Below are positions 27,551 to 40,450 of a DNA stretch of 64,000 nt, in pieces. How positions within the stretch are numbered: the first letter of the stretch is position 1; every line of letters begins with the position of its first letter. A model generated the notes under the pieces. That model worked only from the letters and a program-made list of their open reading frames with translations. It was not told the origin of the DNA and did no database searches. This stretch comes from Octopus vulgaris (Eukaryota): the NCBI GenBank assembly GCA_951406725.2, contig OX597815.1:156178001-156242000 (forward strand), in the 5' to 3' direction. The position numbers were made by a program, and so were the translations under genes.

Positions 27551-27760
27551 AAGGCGGCGAGCTAGCAGAATCGTTAACACCGCTTAGTGGCATTACGTCC
27601 ATCTTTACGAACCAAGTTCAAATTTCGCCGAGGTTGACTTTAAGTTTCATTCCTTTGGGGTTGCTAAATAAGTACCAGTTGAACACCGGTATTGAAGTAA
27701 TGGATTTAACCCCTCCGCGCCTTGTGTCTGCTGACCTTCGGCCAAATTTGAAACCAATAT
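27551..27760 (+). mobile_element. SINE, family B
   Basis: GGCGGCGAGCTAGCAGAATCGTTAA...GTTCAAATTTCGCCGAGGTTGAC. Confidence 0.85.
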
Positions 27761-28717
27761 GTTCCAACAAAATAGTCATCTACAATAAAACCAAATTTCA
27801 CTCAAGTCACACACTTCATTGTCTTCAATTGGGAAAGACAATTATGTAATTTTGTTATTGTTTAGCCTCAAATCCAATGAGATCAAGAAATCAATGACCA
27901 AAAACATTACATCTATGAGACTATGGCCTATTTAGGTTCTCTATGAAAGCATTACCAAATTACGTCTTCTCTTTCTTTTCAAGATGATGTTGTCTAATTT
28001 GAAAGAGATTTCGCAGCTGCTTTTATATGGTGCAGTGACTACATACAGGTTCCAACTTTGGGTCACAGTGGATAACGTAGTTCTAGATCATTGGTTCCTA
28101 TTCTCTTGAACATCCCTCTTCATTTCTGAAGCTGACCATTACCCCTGCATCCCTACTCCTCTCTTGACTTGTTAAATGTTCAACACAAAAAAGAATACGA
28201 TTTTATTCTCGATAAAATATATTTTATAACTAAAGAGGGTTTTCAAAATGTTTTAAAAACATTGATAGATTTATAAAAAAAACACAGCCTCTTAAAGACA
28301 GTTCAAAATATGATTAAACTGTTAAAGAAAAACACACGTTATGATCTTGAGCTTCCCTAAACTCTACTCGTCATGTCCTTCCGCTTAGCTCTATAGGAGG
28401 CTATGTTTCTGGGTTAGAAGACACTGTTCTAACTGCACTATGCCTGAAAAAATACAGAACGTTCAACATGCTTATGTACGCTCAATGGAAGTTAACTTTG
28501 GAGCAAACGACGTCAATGATTTCCTTAGCACAAATTTGAAGGATTCAGTTTGATAACGCGCTACTTACAGGCAGCTTAATACTATGTGCGGCACCGCACA
28601 GGATAGTCATTAAATTTAATATTAGTAGTACTGTGATCAGATATAAAACGTGGGTAATTTGTTGCCAGAGTTTATTTCATTCTTTAAGGTATATACACAC
28701 ACACACAAACACACAAA

Positions 28718-28776
<59 letters not shown>

Positions 28777-29200
28777 GCACACACACACACACATGTATAT
28801 ATTCTAATTAAACATCTACTGATATGTAATAGCCTACAGCAGAAAATAGTCAACTTTTATAGTACAGAGAGAAACGATTCGGCTTTCTTCTGTCTCCAAG
28901 CAACACGGGTTTTAAAGTGTAATGAAGCTCGAAGATGCGAGCTTTACAATAAGTCACATGACACATGTCGTAGCGTAGCAACGCAAAAGTACTGTTGCAA
29001 TTGAAAACCTTGTGTAAATGATAGGAAAAAAAAAATGGTACTCAGTTAAAGGTGATGTAACAGATGATTGGTATAGATTTCTTCAAGGCGTGTGCGACGT
29101 TTGTGTCTGCTAAAATGAATAGAGGATTATAAAATTTTAAAATTTAATATTATATTTGTGAAATAGAGTGTGAACGTGTTATACATATATATGCATATCA

Positions 29201-29248
<48 letters not shown>

Positions 29249-29353
29249 CATATATATACAAACATATATATGTGTGTTCATTTATATATAACATATATAT
29301 GTGTGTTTATTTATATATAATTTTGTATATATACAAACACACACACACCCACT

Positions 29354-29377
<24 letters not shown>

Positions 29378-29388
<11 letters not shown>

Positions 29389-29639
29389 TTCGTTTTGGGA
29401 TTTGATTTGCAAGATTGTTTATGTGAGTTCGTGTGTTAAAGCATACTCTGTTGTGTCTGGGGAGAGTCATTCTCTTTTGGTGCCTTATAATTTAACACAC
29501 ACATCGGTAAAATTTCCATTTCTTTCGTTTTATTTTTCGAAACTTTTTGTTGCATCTTGCAACCTTTTCAATAGTTTTGACTCTGTCGCTACTCACACTC
29601 CGTTCCGTTTCCTTTGTTTGTGCGCATGTGTGTGGATCA

Positions 29640-29683
<44 letters not shown>

Positions 29684-30225
29684 CTATACATACATGCATG
29701 CATATATGTATACATATATGTATGCATGTACGTGTGTGCATATGTATCTATTTATGCGTGTACATTTGTATGCATTTATTCTGTATATTCATGTTTGCAT
29801 GTCCGTGTTTGTGTGTTTTTATGTATGTGCGTGCGTGCGTGTGTTTGTATATGTGCGTGTGTACCTCTGTCTCCTTGTGTTTGCATGTCTTATGTGTGTG
29901 TGTGTGTGTGTGTATGCTTTGCAAGTATGTACCGCGTTTGTATGTATGGATGTCCATCTCCATATGTGTTGACGTGTGTTTCCATATGTGTCCTTGTTTG
30001 AAGTTAGTGTGTGTGCATGTATAGCCACACACACACACACACAAACACACACACATACTGATCCACTCACATGTGCAGAAACAAAAAGGAACGGAGTGTG
30101 CATAACTATTGAATAGGTTGCCAGACGCAACGAAAATTTTAGAAAAATAAAAAATAAAAAAGTGGAAATTTTAGCGGTGAGTGTGTTAAATTATAAGGCA
30201 CCAAAAGAGAATGACTCTCCCCAGA
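29378..30225. mobile_element. Fold-back element with about 190-bp arms around a (GT)-rich spacer
   Basis: About 29456-29650 (TCTGGGGAGAGTCATTCTCTTTTGGTGCCTTATAATTTAACAC...) is the reverse complement of about 30040-30225. Confidence 0.8.
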
Positions 30226-30229
30226 GAAA

Positions 30230-32590
30230 AAAAATGGTGGAGCAAAAGAACCATGGTGGAAACGACGTATTGAAAGGAAATACGGAAGAATGGGTTTGAT
30301 GCAGTAATAGAGCAGTTAAAACAGAGGATCATAGCAAAAGACCAGAAGATTTGTGAACAGAAATAAGCAGTTCGAGAACAGATTGTTCAATAAATAACCC
30401 GAAGCAATTATTCTGAACGTTAGAAGAGGCAATGGGGAAAATGTTGCTCCTGGTGCAAATCAAGTCAAGGAGTTGCGGAGTGGAATGCGGGGAAACAATG
30501 TGGTGCATAAAAGGGATGCAATGTGGATAGGAACTATGAAGACAGAATTACGAGGGCGAAAGAAAGAAGGAATATTTTCATAAGCACGGGTGATGTGAAA
30601 GAACAAGTGGGTAAAGTGCCTAACTGGAAAGCTCTCGGACCAGATGGGATTCATGGGTTCTGGCTGAAGAGATGCCACGTGGCGCAAGAAACACCAGCAG
30701 CCCAATTGAATGAGTGTGTCCAGAAAGTAACAGTCCATTCATGGATGGTGACTAGGAGGAAAACACTTATAATGAAAGATAGAAGAAAGGGGAATATCGT
30801 GGGAAACTACCGTCCCATAGCATGCTTAAACATAATCTGGATGATACTCACTGGAATATGCGCGGAAAGGACATACATTTTCCTGGCACAGGAAGAAATA
30901 CTACCAAGGGAACAAAAAGGATGTAGGAAGAGCTTTCAGGGTACCAAGGATTACCTGGTCATCGATGAAACAGATTTGAGGCATTGAAAAAACAACATAC
31001 AGACATATCTACGGCTTGGATTGGTGTTAAGAAAGCATATAATATGATGCCTCATTCTTGGATCGTTGAATGCCTGCAGATATTTAGTGTTGTTGACAAC
31101 ATCACAAATTTTCTGATGCATAGCATGAAAGAGTGGAAAACCAAATTGTACTGAAGTAATGTATTCCTTGGAGAAGTTAATATTAAAATGGGGATCTTCC
31201 AAGGCGAGTCGTTTTTCTCCGTTAAGTTTTATAATTGCACTAATACGCCATAACAATGACACTTAGGAAAGTTAAGATGGGTTACCGATGTGGGAGGAAA
31301 GGCCCATCATCGAATCATCTTCTGTTTACGTAGGAACTGAAATTGATAGATTGCTTGATCAAAACAGTCCAGAGGTGTTGTAGGGGCATCGGTATGGAAT
31401 TTGGGATCACCAGATGCAATGCTCAGTACTTAATATGAAAAGATGGAAGAAAGTAGCCTGCAGAGGATTGCGTTTACTTTCAGGAGAAACCATGGGTGGA
31501 CCCAAAGGTAATGGGTTTATATATGTAAGGAATTTGGAGCTGGATAACATTCTACAGAGAGAAATGAAATTCAAGGTCAAAATTAACAATACAATACCTA
31601 CAGAAAATGTGATGCAAGTGCAAACATTAAGAAACAAGATGAAGACGAAAGAGTAAACAAGTGGAAAATGAAACCACTGTATGGACAGTACCTCAGATAA
31701 ATCGAAGGAAAAGACAAGATCAATACTTGAAGATGGCTAAGAAATAATCTGAAAGAATACACTGAGGCATTGATATGCAGTACCCAAGAACAAGCTCTGA
31801 GAACTAATTACACCAAGTTCCAAATAGACAAGAATAGCGAATCGCCCCTTTGTAAGATGTGTGGCAGCAGAAACGAAGCTATCTCACATATTGTGAGTGA
31901 ATGTAGCAAGCCGGCCCCAAAATACTACAAAACAAGACACGATAACGTGGCTAAGTTTGTCCACTGGAGGCTATGTGAAAAGTACGACCTGAAAAGAGCA
32001 TACAAATGGTACGAACAGGAAGGAGTCACTGAGAACAAGGAACATAAGATACTGTGGAATTTTACAATCCAATGTGACTCCTTAATCGAGGCTCGGAGAC
32101 CAGATGTTGTGGTAGATAAAGGAAAAAATGAAACCAGGATCATAGATATTGTAATATCTGGAGATGCACGCACAAGTGACAATGAACTAGAAATGATCGA
32201 AAAGTACAGACTACTAAAAGACGAAATTGCAAGAGTGTGGCCTATGAAAGGAGTATCTATCATTCCAGTAGTTGTAGAGCTACTTAGAGCACTAACAACC
32301 AAGTTCGAAAATTATGTCAAAGAATCTGAATTGACATGAGAACAGAGGAAGCCCCAAAAATTGCTCTGCTGGGGACAGCTAGGATTTTGAGATTGGTACT
32401 TGGATGTTGAATGACACCCACGATAATTAAAAGCCAAGTATCAAAGCTTATAATGTGCGGAAAGAGACACTGTGAGGCCTTTGGTGGGAGGTTACTGTCC
32501 GCTCTCCAAGAATCTACCAGAACAAACAAGACCGAATGTTCTGAGAAGTAAAGCAATAGTAATAAATAAATAAATAAATAAATAAATGAA
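30230..32590 (+). pseudogene. Degenerate RLE-type LINE (RT, CCHC, RLE), third family
   Basis: PNWKALGPDGIHGFWLK, GNYRPIACLN, EQKGCRK, QEQALRTNY..CKMC..EAISHIVSEC, RHDNV, ILWNF.IQCD..IEARRPD. Ends in (AAAT)n. Confidence 0.9.
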
Positions 32591-33301
32591 AGAAGCCGCC
32601 GATAAGGAAATCCAAGCAAAACGTAAGTCCAGCTTACCGCTCAAGCGATGGTCGTCCGCAATCAACATTACAATTAATCGATTCTTATCAAAATCTTTAA
32701 CGACAACTATTTATTAGATATAGAATTTTCATTGGTGTCAACAACTTATAAGTACAACCAATTAATATCAGAAGTGCAGAGATTAGTTCTTAGTATAAAG
32801 CAACAAACTCTCACATAAGTTCGCATATATGCACAAACGCAAAACACACACTTACAAACACACACACACACACACACTTACACACACACACACATACACG
32901 CACAGAGGAAACTATGCGTGTGTCGTGTCTAAAGAGAGATGGGAGGGAAGGAGAGAGAGAAAGAGTGTGTGTGAAAGTATTAGAGTGTGTGAGAGAGAGA
33001 GAGTGTGTGATAGATATACAAAGCTAAAGAAGTACATGCATACAAGCATACATACATACATACATACATACATACACTTACACATACATGAACACACCGA
33101 CACAAACATGTACGTATGCACGTATGTCATTATTCAGTTTTATTTCAAGATTTCTTGCCAGTAGAGAAAGAGCTGATTTCTAACCTACGTCCAAGGCTCT
33201 TTCATTGGAATTTCAAAATCAACAACAAGGTATTTTTGTATGCATGTATGCATTTATACGTGCAGATTTGTATGTTTTGTTTTATGCCTGTCTTCTCATG
33301 C

Positions 33302-33332
<31 letters not shown>

Positions 33333-34177
33333 TGTATGTATGTATGTATGTATGTATATAAAAATTTAAGTAAAAGTGAAAGGGCAAACCGTTTGACATC
33401 ACTTGAGAATATAGATATACAGAGTCGCTTACAGCTGTTTCTTGAATAGTCATGTGAGTGAATCATCACATTTAGGGGGAGAAGTCAGAGAGATGTAAAA
33501 GAGACGGATGTCCCCAATCGAGCATATTTGTGTATACCAGTTTATCGAGAAGGAGGGAAGGATCAGTATGAAATAGAAATGCGTTAGGTAAATTTATGAT
33601 CAAATGAAAAATACTGTTGTAGGTGATACTCAATAGTATGTTATAGGTAATACCCAATAGAATGTTCGATGATAATGCAAGGTAGTAGAAGTTACTAGTT
33701 CCAGATTTGAATAGGGAATGAATGAGGTTAAAATAGGAATATTATACTCAAGAAGAAAGACAGACAGGTGTGTATAATAGAGTAGTTATATACTAGTCAG
33801 TATGGTTGGAGTATGCTTGTTGAGAGAGGCTAGGTGTGCACGTATAAAGACAGATAGAGAAAGAGATGAAAGATAGCAGATGTCAAATGATCACCAAGGC
33901 TGGCCAGAATTGGCAAAAATAGCAGGGTGTGGAGGGCATGGAGGGCGGGTAGTGATAGTAATGAAGCGGTTGTAAAAGATAAAGATGTCAAGCTAAAGGG
34001 AGCCTGATAAGAGCGGAAGGGATATTTAGGAATGGTCTAATTGTAATAGTGCTAGAAATAGATGCCCATAATGATAAATATAAAATATAAATTTGTGGTG
34101 TTAATGAAGGCGTATGCTCACTGGGAACCGAAAGATAAAACTAAAGATTTAAAACGATAAATCAAAAATAAGTCAAA

Positions 34178-34229
<52 letters not shown>

Positions 34230-34745
34230 TATATATAACATAAGTCAAAGGTAAATATATATATACATTATGGGCACGTATTTACTAAGGTTAGGAATGA
34301 AGGAAATACAGTGCCAATGAACAATAGGAACCAGATAAATTAAATAAATTTATGAAGAGAGCTGGAAAGATTAATTCATTATATGCATTTTATTAATTCG
34401 TATATAGTTCCAAACCAGAAAGAAAGAGAACTAGTAATGTTCTATTAATTACGAAGATGTTGCAGCTGAAAGGATATTCTATTCGTTATGAACTAGGTGA
34501 GAGGCGTTAAATATGGAATAAACAAGAGAAAGATGTGATGGTATTGTAGATAAACCAATTTAATTAGATATGATGCCTAAGCTAAATGTTAGTGAGAATC
34601 AGAAGTAGTAGCTTTAGTGCACTTAGACCTGTGGTAAAAATCGAATGGCTTAAAACCTTTGTAGATACACAAAGAGAAGGCTTCGTGTTTAATAATTGTC
34701 TAGGGGTATTTGACAAGGTTTGCAGACATTCCTTCAAACACACCC

Positions 34746-34804
<59 letters not shown>

Positions 34805-34810
<6 letters not shown>

Positions 34811-35080
34811 TTTATTTAAAGCAGCAGAAAATTCAACAAAATCTGTTACTCAGAGTTTCTCTTTGCCGTTCATCAGACAGTTTTTGCTAGAATGGAACCG
34901 ATATATCAATTGATATATCGGTTCCATTCTAGCAAAAACTGTCTGATGAACGGCAACGAGAAACTCTGAGTAACAGATTTTGTTGAATTTTCTGCTGCTT
35001 TAAATAAAGCATATTATTCTACCACTGGTATTTGAGTACTCTTTTTTTCACCTTGTTTCACTTTTATGTGTTTACTCCGG
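34805..35080. mobile_element. Near-perfect 210-bp spacerless palindrome plus tail, within (TA)n
   Basis: Arms 34805-34909 and 34910-35014 centred on CAATTG, two mismatches seen; tail at 35015-35080. Confidence 0.85.
34939..34976 (+). ncRNA. Minimal type-I hammerhead ribozyme motif
   Basis: CTGT-CTGATGA-ACG GCAA CGA-GAAAC-TCTGA-GTA-ACAG: 4-bp stem I, canonical core, GNRA loop II, A-A mismatch at the base of stem II. Confidence 0.65.
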
Positions 35081-35410
35081 TATATATATATATATATATA
35101 TACAAGCGCGCACACATACAAATAACTAAAAATATGATAAAAATATAATCATATTTATACACTGCGTTGGTGTGTTCATGTTGCCATAACTTAAGGATTC
35201 GTAAAAAGACATCGATAGAATAAGTACTAGGCTTACAAAGAAGAAGTCCTGGGGTCGATTTGTTCGACAAATGCTAGGATTTAAAGAGTAAAAGTGGGTG
35301 TATACATGTGTGTAACTGTTCTAGAAACAGCTGTAACAGACTGTATATCTATATTCTCTATCTAAATTAAGTGTTGTCAAACGGTCTGCCTTTTCAGTTT
35401 TGCCTTAATT

Positions 35411-35442
<32 letters not shown>

Positions 35443-35784
35443 CATACATACATAGAGACATACAGACAGACATATATACTGACAGGGAGACAGACAGACA
35501 AACAGATAAATACATACATACATACATTCACACATACATAAATACATACATACATACATACATACATACATACATACATACATACATACATACATACTTA
35601 GATGAAAACAAACCTACTAAACAGGCGAATTACTCTAATATGCAGCCAGATCCTATCATATTCCAAGATCTAAACCTCTGTGTATTCCGGACTTGAATAG
35701 AACCGTTTTTCTTTCTATCGTACTTTCTTTTTGTACTTTGGCTTCCCCATCCCCAATGAATTTTAAATTTTCCTATCATTGATA

Positions 35785-36000
35785 TAATTCTTTCCAATTT
35801 TGGTACAAGGCCACCAATTTTGAAGGGAGTGAGCAATTTCAATTCATCGATCCCAGTATTTGACTGATACATTATTTTATCCACCCGGTAGGGATAAAAG
35901 CCCAATTAACATCGGTAGCGTTTGAACCCAGAACAGAATGATCCGAAAGAACTACCATTAATCGTTGAATCTAACACTAAATGATTCTGCAAGCTCGCCT
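35785..36000 (-). mobile_element. Degenerate SINE, family B
   Basis: GATTCTGCAAGCTCGCCT head, TTTGAACCCAGAAC, and tail CCAATTTTGGTACAAGGCC. Confidence 0.7.
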
Positions 36001-36402
36001 CTGTAACTGATATACTATAAATATTAAGCGAACGCTCAAAGTAGCTTCTTGTACGTGGTATGCTAGCCAATAGGCAATTATCGTACTTTTTTCATGAAAG
36101 GTCAATAACTTTTAAGATATTACGTAAAATGTGCCAAGTAGAATTTTCTATCTCACTCGAAGACACATGAAAGTATTTTCAAAATGATATGAAATTAGAA
36201 AATATATGCAGGAAATGTCCATAAATAAAACACTCGCATATACATACGTATCAGTCTATCTATTAACATAACCATACAAATACTTTGATTCATAGAATAA
36301 TAAATATACAGAAATACGTCTCTTTGATACCATTCTCTCACTCTCTCTTTCTCTCCCTAAATTCCCACTCTCTCTATGTGTTTGTATATGTGCGCTTGTG
36401 TG

Positions 36403-36451
<49 letters not shown>

Positions 36452-36637
36452 GTATATATATGTATATATTTATACATATATATATATATATGGGACCTCG
36501 AACCCACAAGAGTAAACAAGAGAGACAGAAACAAGCAGAAACAAGGAAAATGCCACTTGTATTTGAACACTATGCAAATATTCTTTTAATAAAACTTTTC
36601 TTTTAATTTTTCCAAAATTTAATTGTTTTCTCTACTT

Positions 36638-36675
36638 ATAGTTGAAAAAGTCTCAATGACTGAAACCGGTACTGA
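36638..36675 (+). ncRNA. Variant or decayed hammerhead motif in a PLE-type remnant (about 36490-36725)
   Basis: AG-TTGAAAA-AGTC TCAAT GACT-GAAAC-CG-GTA-CT: perfect 4-bp stem II and palindrome ACCGGT, but the core deviates from CUGANGA at two positions. Confidence 0.45.
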
Positions 36676-36722
36676 AATGTTTTTTATAAAATTATTTTAG
36701 CCTTTTCTATCTTGACTTTTTT

Positions 36723-36835
<113 letters not shown>

Positions 36836-37015
36836 AAAGGGCTTAGTAAAATAAATTACTTTGCCGCATACTGAACTCATTAGAAATAGCAGCTAAAAAA
36901 CTTTTTTAAAAACCATTTCTAATACTTAAAGAAAATCTCTCTCGTATAGTGTTTGGTCAACTCAACTCACGAAAGTTTGGGGGTAATAATTAATTAATTT
37001 TACCCTCAATTGTTG

Positions 37016-37051
<36 letters not shown>

Positions 37052-37054
37052 ACA

Positions 37055-37175
37055 CTACGTTAGGGTTACGTGTGTCTTTGGAATGCTCAGCCACTTGCAC
37101 GATAATTCCACGAACAGATAGTTCTGTTAATCAGATCAATTGGAACACACGTCGCCGTAACCGAAGCAGTGGCAG
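37055..37175 (+). mobile_element. SINE family C 3' fragment
   Basis: TACGTTAGGGTTACGTGTGTC..TGCTCAGCCACTTGCACG..AATTCCACGAAC matches about 47960-48080. Confidence 0.7.
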
Positions 37176-37397
37176 TTTTTATACACATACATAATACGCA
37201 CGCACATATATAAATGTATCTATTGTGGTACATTTCCCAGCATTTGGTTCACTCTAGTATCATGTCAGGGATCATAAAAGAAGTACCAGTAGTGTACTGG
37301 GATCGGTGTATTTCATATCACTTTCTCAAATATATGTAGCCTTGCCCCTAAGAAATAATATCGTTTGTATTATTGTTTTTTTTTATATATACACTTA

Positions 37398-37818
37398 CTA
37401 ACGCTATGACCCGGTGTTGCCGGGTCTAGTGCTAGTGCTTGTTTTTCGTTGCCGCGTCGCAGTAAAAATTTCTCACTAAATCAAGAGCTAAGTTTCTTAT
37501 TACATTTCAGCCCAGGCCAGTTTTGTTGTTTATGATCTAGTTGGAGCTTTTTATGAGAGTAATTAATATTCATTGGACTTCGGCAATGCCCATATGCCCA
37601 TAACTTATGGGTATAAGGGGTCGGTTTAGCGATTATTTTTAATGACTTTCTGAGGTGACTAGGGAAATGAAAAGATCTTCACGACCACCGTCAGACAGTT
37701 TTTAAAGCCGATAGAAAATGCGAGACTTTTACGTGAAAAACTGTGGATTTGTATAAAAGACACAGACACACAGACACACACAGATATACAAACATTTTGC
37801 CGTTTATAGATATAGAGA
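37398..37818 (-). mobile_element. Non-autonomous Helitron, complete
   Basis: Minus strand starts A|TCTCTATATCTATAAACGGC and ends with hairpin GACCCGGCAACACCGGGTC plus ATAGCG-TTAG|T. AT target site, no TSD. Confidence 0.8.
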
Positions 37819-37825
37819 TAAAAAT

Positions 37826-38032
37826 GCAGGATGGAAGAATCATTAGCACTCAGGACAAAACGCTTAGCGTCATTTCGTCCGAATTTACGTTCTGAATTGA
37901 AATTCCGCTGAGGTCGACTTTGCATTTCATCATTTCGGAATGAATAAATTAAGTACCATTTCAGCACTGGGGTCGATATAATCAACGTATCGCATCCCTT
38001 GAAATTGCTGCCTTGTGCCAAAATTTGAAATC
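37826..38032 (+). mobile_element. SINE, family B
   Basis: GAAATTCCGCTGAGGTCGACTTTGCATTTCATC...AAGTACCA...GGGGTCGAT. Confidence 0.8.
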
Positions 38033-38639
38033 ACTGTATACATTTATAAACTTTACATGGCTTAAAGTACTAATTTGCGATAAAATGAGAATAGATAAAA
38101 TAACAGAGCCACTAACAAGCACAAATTTCTATTTAGTTCTTTATATACATAAATATTTATGCACTAAAATGTAAGACATCATTTCTTCTGAACGTGATAG
38201 TACTATTCTATGTATCCAGGGATAATTATATGAGAAATATTTTCCCCTTTGTATAAGACACTAAACTGGATCATAACAGTATTTCTGGACACTTTGTCAT
38301 GACAATAAGCTAAACTGACATAAGGGGATCAAAGTGAATTCATTCTGAAAGTTTAGTCACAAGATAAGTGCCATTCTACTATTTATACATTCTTCAATAT
38401 TCTTTTAGTTTCCATAAGAGATAATTTTAGAATCTTCAATCAGTGAAGCAGAACAGTGATGTACGGAAAGGGGTAGTTTATGCAACACAAGAATAGAATG
38501 AATGGGATATACATAAAACGATAATTAAGATCATTAACGTCAATATTATATTACAAATAGAAACAGTGCTACAGTGGCGAGGAATGAAAGTGTGAATTTT
38601 ATCCCCCAAGAGCTTGGTTATGACATATAAAAATGAGAG

Positions 38640-39000
38640 CGCTCTATAATGTTTCTATTGGCTTTGTGTGAAGTAGGAGAGGTATTCATGGTATATTCGA
38701 AGGGCCTCTGAGAACGGATTGGATGATGCCATTCATGTTTCGTTCAAACAATTGCAATGGATTGTTGCATGAGAAACCTGTGCATAGACAAGATCGATGT
38801 TGTGGAGAAGAACTGGTTGCCCTAGCGAGTGCGGAGCTGTGTGAGTGAATATTCTGCGGGTAGTGAGAGGAACAAAAATGAGTGAGACAAGAGTGCCAGA
38901 GCAAAACAAATCTACAGCATGCCCCGCAGCATGCATTTTCGAGGTCTACAAAGCAAGTGTACACTTCTTGCCAAAATTCCTACGATTTCCAAAAGACCTT
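38640..39000 (-). pseudogene. Decayed RTE-like LINE RT fragment
   Basis: YTCFVDLENA resembles YxxFVDLEKAFD, followed by a decayed QG..SPLLF region. Confidence 0.45.
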
Positions 39001-39674
39001 TCATAGAGTGAATATAAAACCGGCTGCGTTGCTTACAAGTGGCTTGTTTTATATGTATCAAAAAACCATTAGAAATGATAGAGTGTAACGATGCATGCTA
39101 GAAACAAAGCACATAAAACACCGCTACTCAATCTATCTATCTATATTGGGATCCATTCCAGCTCCCACAATCTCTTCATACTATATTGCATTGTGAGGAA
39201 AAGCAACATTTCTAACTCAGCAAATTACTGGATTAGAGATGTTGTACTTTCTTGTAATGAGAAATCAAATTCTGTCTAACAATTCTAAGGTTACCAATAG
39301 ATGCAGAATCAACCACTGATCCCTGTGGAATTGTAGAAGCTTTATAACTGAAACATGTAAAAGAATAAATGAATACATACATATATACATACTTACGTAC
39401 ATACATTATTGCATACATACAGGCAGTATATATGAGTAAGCTAAATGATAATAATTCGATGGAGCCAATATAATAGATGTCGGTTACGAAATAGACACCG
39501 GGGTCTGATAAGCACCATAGTTGTCTTTGGTGAACTGAGAAGGTAAACAAACACCTAGAGGTTATTGTTAGTGGTTACACACGCATGCATATTGCATATC
39601 TATCTATCTATCCATCTGATTGTCTGAGTGGCTATCTATCTACCTATACACACACACACATATATATATACATA

Positions 39675-39759
<85 letters not shown>

Positions 39760-40299
39760 CGTAATATATATATGCGCTTTGGTCATTTATGCATGCGTGA
39801 TATGTAAACAAAATCAAGGCATTCCATCTCAGATTGCCACTGCTTCTACAAACAGTAATCTCGAAAGTATTATTCGATAAGAACATGGCATTCTGACTTT
39901 CTTTAATAACACAAAATTAGTTCCTACATATATCAAGGCAACAGCGTTGCATTACGCTGTTTATAATATTCTTATGCTAAACTGAGATTTCAATTGAATT
40001 TATAGCTTCTTTATAACAATTTTGAAGCCATAATATTGATAGCACATTTCTGAATATCTCTATTACATCATTAATTTTAATACAGAAGAATATTGATTCA
40101 GAAACTTGGTCGATTGCCATGAATGCGTTGCGGAGGATGGAGTACACTTAATTTATTCCTTATTTTCGGCTTTGTACTTAATCTATCGACAGAAACTATT
40201 TGAACACAGTGCTTCAGAACAAGGTGACTCTAAAACTGTGTAGCATCTAGTCCAGTACACGACTGTTTCTACTACACATTTACCATCATTAGTAATTGC

Positions 40300-40450
40300 T
40301 ATACTGAAGTAGCTAGCTGACAGAATTGCTAGCGAGTCGGACAACATTCTTAACGGTATTTAATCCGGTTCTCTACGTCATGACGTCAAATTCTGTTGAG
40401 GCCGATTTTGCCTTCCATCCTTTCGAGGTCGGTAAAATAAATAATAGTAG
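40300..40450 (+). mobile_element. Degenerate SINE, family B
   Basis: GAGGCCGATTTTGCCTTCCATCCTTTCGAGGTCGGTAAAATAA. Confidence 0.7.

Larger units (their letters stand above)
33345..35420 (-). mobile_element. Old PLE-type inverted structure (arms about 33345-33450 and 35310-35420) with hammerhead relics
   Basis: AAGGGCAAACCGTTTGACA..GAGAATATAGATATACAG..TTACAGCTGTTTCT versus AGAAACAGCTGTAA..CTGTATATCTATATTCTC..TGTCAAACGGTCTGCCTT. GAAAC-AGCT-GTA motif in both arms. Confidence 0.55.

Noticed and set aside
34168-34265. Direct repeat ATAAGTCAAAGGTAAATATAT around (TA)n
   Set aside because: Most simply a slippage duplication next to a microsatellite.
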